From: Octopus sinensis
Taxonomy: Eukaryota
Reading direction: 5' to 3'
Assembly (NCBI RefSeq): GCF_006345805.1
Contig: NC_043008.1
Location: 9,858,001 to 9,922,000, forward strand
Length of the DNA: 64,000 nucleotides
Positions 14,466-27,070 of the stretch are shown in pieces; positions within the stretch are counted from its first letter, which is position 1, and every line of letters starts with the position of its first letter. The position numbers were made by a program, and so were the translations under genes. A model generated the notes under the pieces. It had not been told where the DNA came from. It made no database searches and was given only the letters and a program-made list of their open reading frames with translations.

Positions 14466-14470
<5 letters not shown>
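14355..14470 (+). repeat. ~115-bp repeat, copy 1 (copy 2 at 22244-22358)
   Basis: ttattggatcttggaaagggtaagctttgaataatagcgtg...cttaccttcttcaagattcaacgttccacc nearly identical in both copies. Confidence 0.9.
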
Positions 14471-14503
<33 letters not shown>

Positions 14504-14504
14504 A

Positions 14505-14557
<53 letters not shown>

Positions 14558-14841
14558 ATATATATTATGCTTGCAACGATTTCTTGATACAGTCCAACTT
14601 TGAACGAGAATTTTTCTTAAATTAAACATTATTAATTGCATAATTTTTTTTTTAAAAAAGCAGAATAACATGACCATTTAGGAAAGAAGTTTTCCTCGTG
14701 TGTGAATTTTCCATTTGTTCCTTTCTTATGTTACTGTTTCAATTTTAGAGCTTTTTATTTAATATAGCGCTTGGCACCCTTATTGTGACCCACTCAGTCG
14801 AATATTTTTGTGGGATGTCTGTTTCTATCAGTTTCTCTTCC

Positions 14842-14885
<44 letters not shown>

Positions 14886-15632
14886 CTTTCACCCAACTTT
14901 CGTCTACATTGCACTGTTTTTTTACCAAATTGAAAAATGGAACACCGTAGATTCTCTCTTTTTAATTCTTTTTTGCAATCCAATATGGAGTTTGCCTTGT
15001 ATATGTCAGTTAGTCTACATTTAAACTGACGTTCACATTGTTCGGAACTTTCGGAATATATTTTAATTCACTATAAATGTATCTAAATGATGGCGTCTAT
15101 ACTTTATAGTTTAAAGATTCGGATTGATAAAACTCCCGATGCACAACGGATTTGATGTCGTCTGCCAGAGGGCATTGGCTTTCACAATATACCACCTTTA
15201 CTAGAAGGATTTTATTCATTTATATATTCATCCAATATGTTTTACAACAGTTTTTCTGCCTCCGGAAATTTTGACAGGAAATTTTGCTAAGACAGCTGCA
15301 GGCCACATTCATTGAGTCTCTCGTTGTAAACCAGGAAAATACAAGACTAAAAGTTTTATAACATCTGACCTTTCTAAACTTACATGAATAAATACTTTCT
15401 GGGAATTTGGTACACGACTTGTATAAACAGCAGGAAGTGCGGCAGATTCTATCAAGAATATAAAATGTCTATCGTTATATAGCAAGTAAATATCAATTGA
15501 AGAAATATATTTTAATCATTTGCATAAACTGTAATTAAATGTGTATATAAGAATAGTTTATATACATGCTTATATGGACCGCTGAAATCTACAGGGTTTT
15601 TTTTTCTTTCTCTCTCTGTTATTTTTTTTATT

Positions 15633-15750
15633 CCTTTCTGTTCAAGAGCATAGGCTCGAAACGTAAACGACTTTTTCATTCTTCCCGAGCGTCAAACTAA
15701 TGCTCTTGCTTGTTGTTTATACACCTGACTTTATCTTTTGTTTTTCTATA
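15633..15750 (+). mobile_element. Penelope-like pseudo-LTR remnant with mutated hammerhead
   Basis: CTGTTCA-A-GAGC(ATAG)GCTC-GAAAC-GTA (G8 to C); downstream cttcccgagcgtcaaa resembles the 45437 copy. Confidence 0.55.
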
Positions 15751-15865
15751 AATTTCAACATACTTATATACATGTGTGTGCGTGTATCTGTGCGTGTGTC
15801 TGTGCGTTTGTGCGTGTGTATGAGTGTATGTGTTTGTGTATGCATGTATATATATATATATATAT

Positions 15866-15899
<34 letters not shown>

Positions 15900-16021
15900 A
15901 TATATTATACATTATCAATAAAGCATATTACTCTACCGCCGGTTTTCGAGCACTATTTTCTTCCACCTTGTTTCAGATTTATGTACTTACTCTAGAATAT
16001 ATAATATATATTATATATATA

Positions 16022-16088
<67 letters not shown>

Positions 16089-16365
16089 TAAAAGAATAAG
16101 TAAATTCATATTTAATTAATCACTCTGCCAAACTGTTATGTAGGAAAAGCCATTTCTAGTTACACCGGTAATAACATTTACATATATATTCCTTCTCTTA
16201 TAGTCTTTGTATACTTGTGTTTAAATTGTTTAAATATATATTCTTGTATTTGAATGGTTAAGAAGTTTCTTTCGCAACTATAAAATCGTGGGTTCGATAA
16301 CTCAGTGTGTCATGTCCAACGAGTGTCTTTGAGTCTCGGGTGCCCTCAAATGGATAATGAGTGGA

Positions 16366-16782
16366 AAGGTGGCGAGCTGGCAGAAACGTTAGCACGCCGG
16401 GCGAAATGATTAGCGGTGTTTCGTCTGCCGTTACCTTCTGAGTTCAAATTCCGCCGAGGTCGACTTTGCCTTTCATCCTTTCGGAGTCGATAAATTAAGT
16501 ACCAGTTACGCACTGGGATCGATGTAATCGATTTAATCCATTTGTCTGTCCTTGTTTGTCCTCTCTATGTTTAGCCCCTTGTGGGTAATAAAGAAACAGG
16601 TATTTCGTCTGTTGCGACGTTCTAAGTTCAAATTCCACCGAGGTCGACTTTGCCTTTCATCCTTTCGGGTTCGATAAATTAAGTACCAGTTACGTACTGG
16701 GGTTGATGTAATCGACTTAATCCTTTTGCCTGTCTTTGTTTGTCCCCTCTATATTTATTCCCTTGTGGGTAATAAAGAAATA
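16366..16782 (+). mobile_element. SINE family C, dimeric form
   Basis: Full monomer, then aaagaaacag|gtatttcgtctg restart of an internally truncated second monomer. Confidence 0.92.
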
Positions 16783-17090
16783 AATGGATAATTAGTGGAC
16801 AGAAACTGACCAGAATGCTGGACTGCATTTGTAATTCAAAGATTCAAGCATGACACAGTTTTGTTGTACTGATTTTCCTTGGGAATTACACTAAGAGTGC
16901 ACATGTCCATGTCATACCTTAGCACTTCACTACATAATTAAAAGAGTAAGGAATTCGCTTAGCCGAACAAATGGGCGCTCGTACGGCGAAATTGAAATTG
17001 ACGCAAGAGTCCATCGTATGATAATGCATGTGAATGTGGTGGTGCATGCATGTATGTATATATACATGTATGTATGCGTGTGTATGATAT

Positions 17091-17151
<61 letters not shown>

Positions 17152-17573
17152 CAAAAAGCGTGGCACTCGCAGATATATCCACATATATCTAGAGAGTGAC
17201 GTTTGTATTGTATGTACGTGTGCACGGTGTCTACTTACATGTAAGTGTATTTGTGTGTATGATCGAAATGCGTTCACAAACTGTTTGCAAGTTAGATCAC
17301 ATTAATCAATTTGTTCTATATTCGGCGTTGCACATAATTGCTTAGATTTCTCCATTTTGTCAGCGTATGTAAGGAAGCCATAAAAATGTCAAGAAAGCGG
17401 CTGATGTCACTGTCGTATCAGTGACAATATGTCAACGGTACCTGGTCGTGATGGTGGTGGTTGCAAGAAGAAGGGACACATCAATGGCAGAGACACAGAA
17501 TGTAATTATCGTGACGTAAAGTTTACTGAAAGAGAGCAGGGAATGCGCGCGCGCGTGTATATGTGTGTATAAT

Positions 17574-17607
<34 letters not shown>

Positions 17608-17747
17608 GATATATATATATATATATATATAATATATATATACATATATATCTTTATCTATCTATCTATTATATATCTATCTATCTGTCTATATATCTAT
17701 CTTCATATATATATATATATATGATACATATATATGTATATGTATGT

Positions 17748-17783
<36 letters not shown>

Positions 17784-18854
17784 GTATATGTATTATATAT
17801 GTATTGTAGTATATGTGTGTAAAGTATATATATAATATATATTATATATTATCTTTATCTTAGATCTATAATATATATATATATATATATTTACTTTTGT
17901 ACGGTATTGCCATTGAAAATTCTGAAAATAATATTCACAATTTGGTAAGACATCCGATCTGGAACATGGAGCTTGATCAGAGTGAAGAAAAATGCATAGA
18001 AGAAAGGAAAGAAAAGAAAAGAGCCTCGAGAAGAAGATGAAAGGCTTAATATATTTAAATCATGCCATTTTGCATATATGTCGCTTCAGGCCGTTGACTT
18101 AAAATATTAATCGGTGGGTTAATTTTTCTACGGGGGTAATGAGAAAGTGAAATAAAAAATTTACCATAACGGGATACGCCAATAGGTTTTGACAAAGAGG
18201 CAGTGAGATTGCCATAACGTTTTGAAGTAATCATAATAATTCTTAAAATTATGTTAATAGTACTAATTAATAGTTTATCATAATAAAGTGCTCATCAGCT
18301 AATTACAATTATTTACTTGCTGGTATGTTGTAAAAACCAACCACCTATTGCTCGTAATGGGATTGACCTAAGTCCACCTTTCGATATAACTGGTCTTTTA
18401 AATTTTAAAACAAAGGACAAGCTATTAAGACCGTTATATGAGTAGGTATAAATAGATAAATAAAAAATAAAAGTATGGAAAAGTAGTATATTTTGTAAGT
18501 GGCCCCAAAACCGCTTAGGACATTGAATATAAAAACAAACAAATAAACATGTGAAGAACCACATTGCGAAGGAATGAACAACGCTTGTAGCGTCATTAAA
18601 ACCTAGAGAGGTCTCTATTTGGACAATTGTGAATTAAGGCGGTTGTGGGGGCGGGGGATGGACAGATGCTTTATAAAATAGGGGTGTGAAATTAGTAGAC
18701 AAAGAAAGGAATTGATTAGTAAGAACGGAAATAGAGAGGGAGATAAAGGTGAAAACTACGGTTAAAGGGAGAATACGGTTAAACTCTACAAGGCGGTCCT
18801 CCAGCATGACCGCACTCTAATGACTGAAACAAGTAAAAGAGCATATATATAAGA

Positions 18855-18892
<38 letters not shown>

Positions 18893-18962
18893 TAAGCAAC
18901 AAGTATATCCGAGTTAATGTGGTACGATCGTTTCATACTACTTCATTTTATTAAGCACTGTA

Positions 18963-19004
18963 AGCATTACATCAGTTTCAAAATGTCGAGCAATCTTCAG
19001 CCAC
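18963..19004 (-). ncRNA. Highly degenerate hammerhead-like motif
   Basis: CTGAAGA-TTGCTCGACATTTT-GAAAC-TGAT-GTA followed by AATAAA; stems I and II poor. Confidence 0.25.
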
Positions 19005-19197
19005 CTTTAGATATTTTCCAATCAAAACGAACAATGCACATTCTTATCCCTAATTCGTTTGGCCAAACATTATGAAAGAGAGAGGTTGATTTCATTCTTT
19101 AGAACATGATAGTATTAAATCTACTCTCTGACTAAATGTATATATTTATATACACAACATATATACACCATACACACATACACACATACACAATGTA

Positions 19198-19244
<47 letters not shown>

Positions 19245-19951
19245 TATATATATATTATATATATATATGTATATATACAGGTGAGCGGTGAGATTATTCC
19301 CATGATCATGTGATTGATGTTTCGTTTCTGTAATTTGTCATTTCTTACTTTTTGTTTGTATGTTTGTTCCCGTTCCATGTGGAATAGAAAAAAGAATTTA
19401 GGGTTTTCGTGATTTTTGCGTCAATATATCATTTGTAAATCGTAAACCTCGCAAACCACACTTTATTACACGTATATTAATGTTTGTGTGTACTAAGAAA
19501 TAAAAATCTATATTCATCAAATATTTACGTCAACCAAATATCGATATCTTATCTTACGATGGAAATACTGATAAGAGTTTGCTATGTTCGGTTTTGGTGC
19601 GTGATGCTAATTGACCTCAAGCAGTAATTGAAACCCTCTCGTGCACTTCAGGAAATCTTGAACGCATTATTCTACCAACAGCAACGCAGAAAACATCTGC
19701 CAGGATAATTTGACATTAACATCTGAAACAAACAGTCACACACACTCGTATGTACGTACACACACACAATTGTACGTATACACACACATGTGTACGTACA
19801 TACACGCGCACACATATATATACATGTATGTATAAATATATATACATATATATATATATATTATATATATATATATATATATATTGTGTAGTGTATACAT
19901 AGATGTAGGTATGTACAATATATGTGAGGTATGTACAAATATGTATGTATA

Positions 19952-20018
<67 letters not shown>

Positions 20019-20076
20019 ATTATATATATATATATTATATATATATTATATATAGATTAATATATATACATAAAAT

Positions 20077-20150
<74 letters not shown>

Positions 20151-20460
20151 ATATATATATAGATATATATATATATATATATATATATAAAGAAGTTTGA
20201 AAAACACACTACATAAGATAAATTTTAATTTTCTTAGGGATTTTACATGTTTCAGTTCTTGAAAAAAACGACCTTATCAAAAATATTTTTAAAAGTTAAG
20301 TGCAATAAAAAAGTTCATAATTGTTTCTTACTAGTCTCAACAGAGTCCACGTGGTGGTGTTTTGTGGGTGGGAGGAGCATAATGGCTGTCATGTGCGTTG
20401 ACTAGATTCGTTGGCTGTAATTATGAAAATGACCTGTGGCCGTAACAGCAGTAGTAGCAG

Positions 20461-20527
20461 TACCGATATCGAACTGGCGACCTTACGATTGTGAGTCGAA
20501 TGCCCTAACCACTAAGCCACGCGCCTT
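20461..20527 (-). mobile_element. Isolated tRNA-like SINE head
   Basis: ggcgcgtggcttagtggttagggcattcgactcacaatcgtaaggtcgccagttcgat; A- and B-box-like motifs, no acceptor stem. Confidence 0.7.
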
Positions 20528-20598
20528 CACAAGCCAGAAACTACAAACACGCGGAGTTTCAAGCAAGTGTATCCTTCCTTCGTGCATTTACATCGTCG

Positions 20599-20977
20599 TG
20601 GCACTCCGTCGGTTACGACGACGAGGGTTCTAGTTGATCCGATCAACGGAAGAGTCTGCTCGTGAAATTAACGTGCAATTGGCTGAGCACTCCACAGGCA
20701 CGCGTACCCTTAACGTAGTTCTCGGGGAGATTCAGCGTGACACAGAGTGTGACAAGGCTGATCCTTTGAAATACAGGTACAACAGAAACAGGAAGAAAGA
20801 GTGACAGAAAGTTTTGGTGAAAGAGTACAGCAGGGTTCACATCCATCCCCTGCCGGAGCATCGTGGAGCTCTAGGTGTTTTCGCTCAATAAACACTGACA
20901 ACACCCAATCAGGGACTCGAAACTGCGATCCCACGACCGCGAGTCTGCTGCCTTAACCACTGGACCGTTGCGCCTCC
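20599..20977 (-). mobile_element. SINE family A, tail type 1, full length
   Basis: Homologous over its full length to 1398-1768. Confidence 0.92.
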
Positions 20978-21038
20978 ACTGCGTTTACATACACATGTAT
21001 AAACACGTTTATATACACAAGTGTATATACACAGTATA

Positions 21039-21222
21039 CTCTTTACTTGTTTCAGCCATTTGACAGCGGCCATGCTGGAGCACCACCTTTAGTCGAGCAA
21101 ATTGACCTTTGTAAGCCTAGTACTTATTCTATCGGTCTCTTTTGCCGAACCGCTAAGTTACGGAGACGTAAACACACCAGCATTGGTTGCCAAGCGATGT
21201 TGGGGGGAACAAACACAGACAC

Positions 21223-21275
<53 letters not shown>

Positions 21276-21455
21276 ATACATATATACGACGGGCTTCTTT
21301 CAGTTTCCGTCAGTTTCCCGTCAACCAAATCCACTCACAAGGCTTTGGTCGGCCCAAGGCTTTAGTAGAAGACACTTGCCCAAGGTGCCATGCGGTGGGA
21401 CTGAACCCGGAACCATGCAGTTCGTAAGCAAGCTAGTTACCACACAGCCACTCCT
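21039..21455 (-). mobile_element. SINE family B, full length
   Basis: Homologous to 2751-3160. Confidence 0.92.
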
Positions 21456-22440
21456 ACGTATATGCAACAAATGAAAATATAAATTTTTCGAATACTTCAA
21501 TATCCCTAACGAAACGATTCGGAACGTTTTAATGCCGTCAGCCACTTTGGTTGGGAAGAAGAGATGAACGTTCTATCGACGCAGAAATAGTTTTTAATGC
21601 AAGTGTGTGCGTACATAAGTGCGCGCCACTATGTACGTATATGCGTTATTGATCAGTGACAGGTATACACATAGATATATCTCAAACATATACATATATA
21701 CAGTTATGCGGATACTCACACAGACAACACTAATATACACTTATATTTTTGTTTGCGTTTTGTTTTCCAATTATCGTTGCAAAGCTAAATGCCTCGCTGC
21801 TGCATAGAATATTTATGAAAGACGTTTGAATATTGGAGTTTTATCTCTCTCTCTCTGTCTCTTTCTCTCTTTCTCTCTCTCTATATATATATGCACGTGT
21901 GTGAAAGTGTGTGTGAAAGTGTGTGTGCAAGTGTGTGTGTATATCTGTGTGGTGACTGCAATGTAGAATATTTAAAAGATATATAGATTGTTTAATGACT
22001 CGAGTCAACTACAATTTAACTGGAAAATTTTTAATTTAAGTCTACGCCGATGGTATCATTATGTATACGCGTGTGTCTATATGCGTTATACATACATACA
22101 TACATATATACATACATACATACATACATACATACATACATACATACATACATACATACATACATACATACATACATACCGATAGATATAGCTAACGTCA
22201 TAAGAATATATAAACTTGAAGAGAACAAGAGAAGATAAAATAATTATTGGATCTTGGAAAGGGTAAGCTTTGAATAATAGCGTGGAAGGATTGGATTTCT
22301 ACAAAAAACCTTTGCATATCTTACCTTCTTCAAGATTCAACGTTCCACCAAAACATACACACACACACACACACACACCATACCATATAGATATATATAT
22401 ATATATATATCTATATATATATATATATATCTATATATAA

Positions 22441-22610
22441 ATGCGCCTTTTTAAAGCCTAGCCAGGTTCAAGGGCCCGATTTCCCGGTTTCTATGACGTA
22501 TGTGTTCCCCAGCTGGACGGGACGCCAGTCCATCGCACCGTTACTCATTTTTGCCAGCTGAGTGGACTGGAGCAACGTGAAATGAAGTGTTTTGCTCAAG
22601 AACACAACAT
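22441..22610 (-). mobile_element. CORE-type SINE fragment with tail type 2
   Basis: CORE-like ttgtgttcttgagcaaaacacttcatttcacgttgctccagtccactcagctggcaaaaatgagta, then a tail nearly identical to 57330-57435. Confidence 0.8.
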
Positions 22611-22720
22611 GTCGAGCAAATAAACCTCTTGGTTTATTCCTGAAAACCCTATCCAAAAAAACTGAAAGCATAACTTGTGTTGTGTCTGTATGGAAAGATA
22701 GCCCCTATGTATGGAAAGAT

Positions 22721-22905
22721 TGTTGCTATCTCACCCGCCGTCTCGACCTCCAGTAGTTTAACTCTTACAGTTGAATTCGATATCAGATCTCATTAAATTA
22801 TTGTCTTCTTTTATTCCTCATTACTGAAAACTAGTTAATTTTTTATGCTGTGTAGCCGAGCGTATTTTTATATCAACGGAAGATTGAAATTAGCATCCAA
22901 GGAGC
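22721..22905 (+). repeat. ~185-bp direct duplication, copy 1 (copy 2 at 25314-25499)
   Basis: Long identical block aactcttacagttgaattcgatatcagatctcattaaattattgtcttc. Confidence 0.9.
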
Positions 22906-24004
22906 GCGCTTTATATATACACTTTATATTTATAGACACAACTTATAGACCTAATACGCAGCACTCATAAAATAAATATTCACTCTTGGTTTTTCATTTT
23001 CCCCATAAACAAAGAAAATATATATCCCGTACATATGATACAATCTTTAGTTAAATTTGAAATTAAAAATATCTGCCACGTAAATAAGCTTGAATATTTC
23101 ACAGAAATGCACTTATGCGCATGCGTTAAGTGATAGGTGATATAAAAACTTAGTTCAATTAAGAAAAAATACATTTTTCACTATCCATCACCACCTCCAT
23201 CACCACCTCCATCTCCACCACTACCACCACCACCATCATCATCATCTTTCTCTTCCCCTCTCTCTCTCTTCTCTCCTTCCCGTCTCTCTCTCTCTCTTTC
23301 CTTTCTTTAACTTCACCATTACAACAACCCTCTGCTAAAATTATTACGTTCCCCCTACCTCATGTCATGAACGCTTTTCTCTCCTTCTTTTACTCTCTCC
23401 GTCTTTCTCTCTCTCCTAATCCTTCTCCCTCTTTCTGTCTCACTCTTCGCTTTATCCTCTGTTTCTCTTCTCTTTCCGTTCAACTAACCATGTGAAAGCG
23501 TTACAATTACATTCCCTCTACCTCATGTCATGGACGCTTCTCTCTCCCTCTTTTTCTCTCTCCCTCTTTCTCTCCCTCCTCTTTTTCTCTCTCCCTCTTT
23601 TTCTCCCTCCTCTTATTCTCTCTCCCTCTTTTTCTCTCGCCCGCTTTTTCTTTTCCGTCTTTTTCTCTAATCACATGAAAGCATTACCGACGGGCTAAGT
23701 AACGCAACGACAAGCAGAATTATGATCAGGTTTATTTTATATTGCTTATATATTCACATTTGTGTCGTGTTTATTTCGTCACTGTCCCCAACATTCGTTC
23801 GCTATTCCCAGCAGCTTCTCGATGCCGAAGCAACAAAAAGTGAACAATATTATCATCAAAGGAGTGAAACTGTAAGAATCTTTTGGACGATAACTGACGA
23901 GAAAATAAGCAGTGTCCCGTTTGTTCTTTTGTTGAGTTACTGTTTAAATTTTGGAATTTATCATGCATATATATCAATAAATATGAATATGTATATCCAA
24001 AATT

Positions 24005-24059
<55 letters not shown>

Positions 24060-24199
24060 CTTATAAAGAAGGGCAAAAGAAAAAAATTTCTAATGCCAAA
24101 TATGACGAAACTAGACACATCGTCCATAACCATATAATTCATCACTATAAGCACACATCTCGAAGAAAGCCGACAGAAATTTCTAAAAAATTCCGTTAA

Positions 24200-24258
24200 T
24201 ATCATATCGGACCCGATTTCAGAGTTAATTCATAAGAACCTTCTCTTCGTCAGTGATA
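24200..24258 (-). ncRNA. Complete type I hammerhead ribozyme
   Basis: TATCA-CTGACGA-AGAG(18 nt)CTCT-GAA-ATCGG(GT)CCGAT-A-TGATA. Intact core, stem I 5 bp, stem II 4 bp, stem III 5 bp, AUA cleavage triplet. Confidence 0.7.
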
Positions 24259-24381
24259 AATGCGACAAAGAAATAAATTAAATACTTACTTATACCTATG
24301 GAAGAAGCAAACACTAAATTTAAACCTTAAGGTATTTTTAATATGCTGGCCATAGATAAAATTTTTTTCGAAAAATGTATA

Positions 24382-24456
<75 letters not shown>

Positions 24457-24469
24457 ATATATAGTTAGT

Positions 24470-24703
24470 AAACACATAAATGTGAAACAAGGTGGAAAAA
24501 AGAGTACTCAAATACCAGTGGTAGAGTAATATGCTTTATTTAAAGCAGCAGAAAATTCAATAAAACCTGTTACTCTGAGTTTCACGTTCCGTTCGTCGGA
24601 CAGTTTTTGCTAGAATCTAGCAAAAGCTGTCCGACGAACGGGAACGTGAAACTCAGAGTAACAGGTTTTGTTGAATTTTTCTGCTGCTTTAAATAAAGTA
24701 TAT
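24470..24703. mobile_element. Penelope-like pLTR inverted duplication (palindrome 24529-24703) with two outward-facing hammerhead-like motifs
   Basis: About 86-bp arms around 24615; each arm reads CTGT-CCGACGA-ACG(GGAA or GAA)CGT-GAA-ACTC(A)GAGT-A-ACAG. The tail aataaagcatattactctacc recurs at about 15915-15990. Confidence 0.75.
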
Positions 24704-24715
24704 ATATTATATATA

Positions 24716-24755
<40 letters not shown>

Positions 24756-25721
24756 TGCGCACGTGTTATATGTATATTTTCATATGTGTGTGTGTGTGGG
24801 TGTGTGTGTACATATATTCATAATTATATACATATCTGTGCAATATACTTTGGATATTTGTTGTCCATAATAACCCAACTGAAAATGCAGATGAGAAACT
24901 ACTTCCGGCAACACACTAAAGCCTTCTTCATCGTGTCTGCATTTTATCTCTTATAAATAATATAAATGTCTTACATGGTTGCAAGTGTTTAGAGTTTGTT
25001 TATTTCCTACTTCGAGTTTTCTAATTTATCATTTTCAGGAAATTAAACATATCACATTTTAATAGGAAACCATATCTATGTCTCATAGCTTTAGCGGACA
25101 CCGTATTCGGATTTGATTTTAAGTTTTATTTTCTAATTCTTTTCATGCAGTTTGTTTGAAACAACTGAACAACTCGTGCTTTTCAGTTTTTCAGCTGTTA
25201 TTTTTCAGTTATTAATGACCACCTTAAGCCAAATTCAACAACACTCGAGTAAATTCTGATTATATAACTTTTCTCAAACTTACATATTTACTGTCCACGA
25301 CATAAGCAAAGTTTGTTGATATCTCACCCGCCGTCCCGACCTCCAGTTGTTTAACTCTTACAGTTGAATTCGATATCAGATCTCATTAAATTATTGTCTT
25401 CGTTTATTCCTCATTACTCAAAACTAGTCAATTTTTTTATACTGCGTAGCCGAACGCATTTTTATATCAATGGTTCATTGAAATTAGCATCCAAGGAGCT
25501 TCGATCTATAATTGGAGAGTCCCAAAAACATCGCTTTGCACAATGAGGTATTCACAGAAGCAGTTACCTAAACAATGCCTTGTTGTTTTTATGTGTACAA
25601 TGCGTTGCATTCAAAGCGAAAGATTAGATGCAGTGGATGAAGTCGATAAGGGAGAATTGTTATATGGTCAGTCTTAAGGATGGTGTTAAGGACAATAGGA
25701 TGAGCCGCCAGAGGGAAGTGT

Positions 25722-25881
25722 GGCGTGCAGGAGTGACTGCGTGGTAAGTAGCTCGCTTACTAACCACATGGTTCCGGGTTCAGTCCCACTGCGTGGCATC
25801 TTGATCAAGTGTCTTCTACAATAGCCTCTCAGGCTATTGTAGAAGGAAACTGAAAGAAGCCCGTATTATATATGTATATGC

Positions 25882-25934
<53 letters not shown>

Positions 25935-26154
25935 TGTGTTTGTGTGTCTGTGTTTGTCCCCCCAACATCGCTTGACAACCGATGCTGGTGTGTTTACGTC
26001 CCCGTAACTTAGCGGTTCGGCCAAAGGGACCGATAGAATAAGTACTAGGCTTACAATGAATAAGTCATGGGGTCGATTTGCTCGACTAAACGCGGTGCTC
26101 CAGCATGGGCGCAGTCAAATGACTGAAACAAGCAAAAGAGCAAAAGAGCAAGAG
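25722..26154 (+). mobile_element. SINE family B with internal deletion
   Basis: Head, (GT)n tract and (gcaaaaga)n tail. Confidence 0.9.
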
Positions 26155-26391
26155 GTACATAGGTCTGAGGGTTTCAGAGCAAATTACAAAATGAAATAAC
26201 AAATCAGTGGGGTTGCATTCAGTCCAATGAAGTTAAAATCATCGGAAACAAAAGGTAATAAAATATAAACAAGAAAATAACTCCAAAAGAGGAAAACTCA
26301 CGAATAGTAATTTGAATCTTTCATATGTATTCGTCCAAACAGCTTTCTTCCCCATGGCCACCAGGTTGAGAAAAATTAGCTGCTCTTTCTT

Positions 26392-26480
26392 GCATATGGC
26401 GTGGTGGTTAAGTGTGCAGGCTACTAACCCCAAGATTCCGAGTTCGATTCCAGGCAGTGAGCTGAATAATAATAATAATA

Positions 26481-26574
<94 letters not shown>

Positions 26575-26581
26575 AATAATG

Positions 26582-26629
<48 letters not shown>

Positions 26630-26782
26630 TCGAAAAATACCTTAGGAATGAGAACCCAGGTTCGAAATTTCCCCGAGGCACCTGATGAAGGCTGGAGGGT
26701 ATATTAGCCGAGATGTTGTGTTCACAACAAGATGAGGACAAAAACCCGTCAAACGTAAATTATGTAAATAATGTAAATAAAG
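26392..26782 (+). mobile_element. tRNA-headed SINE-like element (family H) with internal (AAT/GAT)n and a 3' hammerhead module
   Basis: A box tggcgtggtggtt, B box gttcgattcc (26442), microsatellite 26465-26628, GGCAC-CTGATGA-A-GGCTG...TAGCC-GAGATGTT-GTGTT, (tgtaaataa)n tail. Confidence 0.75.
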
Positions 26783-26889
26783 CTTGATATTGTTCTACAT
26801 CTGGAGCTGAGTTACTGACTTGTTTTGTTTAACGTGTACTCTTCCATCTTGTCTGATGTTGGATCCCTTCATATCTGTGCTGTTCAATT

Positions 26890-27070
26890 CTATTTTGCTG
26901 ATGTCGTCCACGTTTGTCAACACCAGCCTTGCCGTATCCGAGTGGGTTCATCAACAACTGTTTTGTTATGTGGATAGCACCTCTGGGTAATTTTCTTCTG
27001 TAATCTGTTTGACTTTTCCACGCCAACCAGTCTACATTTTTTGTATAGTTACTCGGTGAGTCACCATCTT
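26890..27070 (-). pseudogene. Possible decayed CR1/L2 APE-endonuclease fragment
   Basis: Frameshifted peptides GDSPSNYTKNVDW, VVDEPTR and LVLTNVDDI resemble the GDFN..IDW / EPTR / DLVLTN motifs. Confidence 0.4.

Noticed and set aside
17429-17572. Short ORF MSTVPGRDGGGCKKKGH...
   Set aside because: Under 50 aa, runs into a microsatellite, and has no recognisable motif.
20461-20527. tRNA gene
   Set aside because: A and B boxes are present but there is no acceptor stem or T-run terminator; the same applies to all SINE heads in the window.
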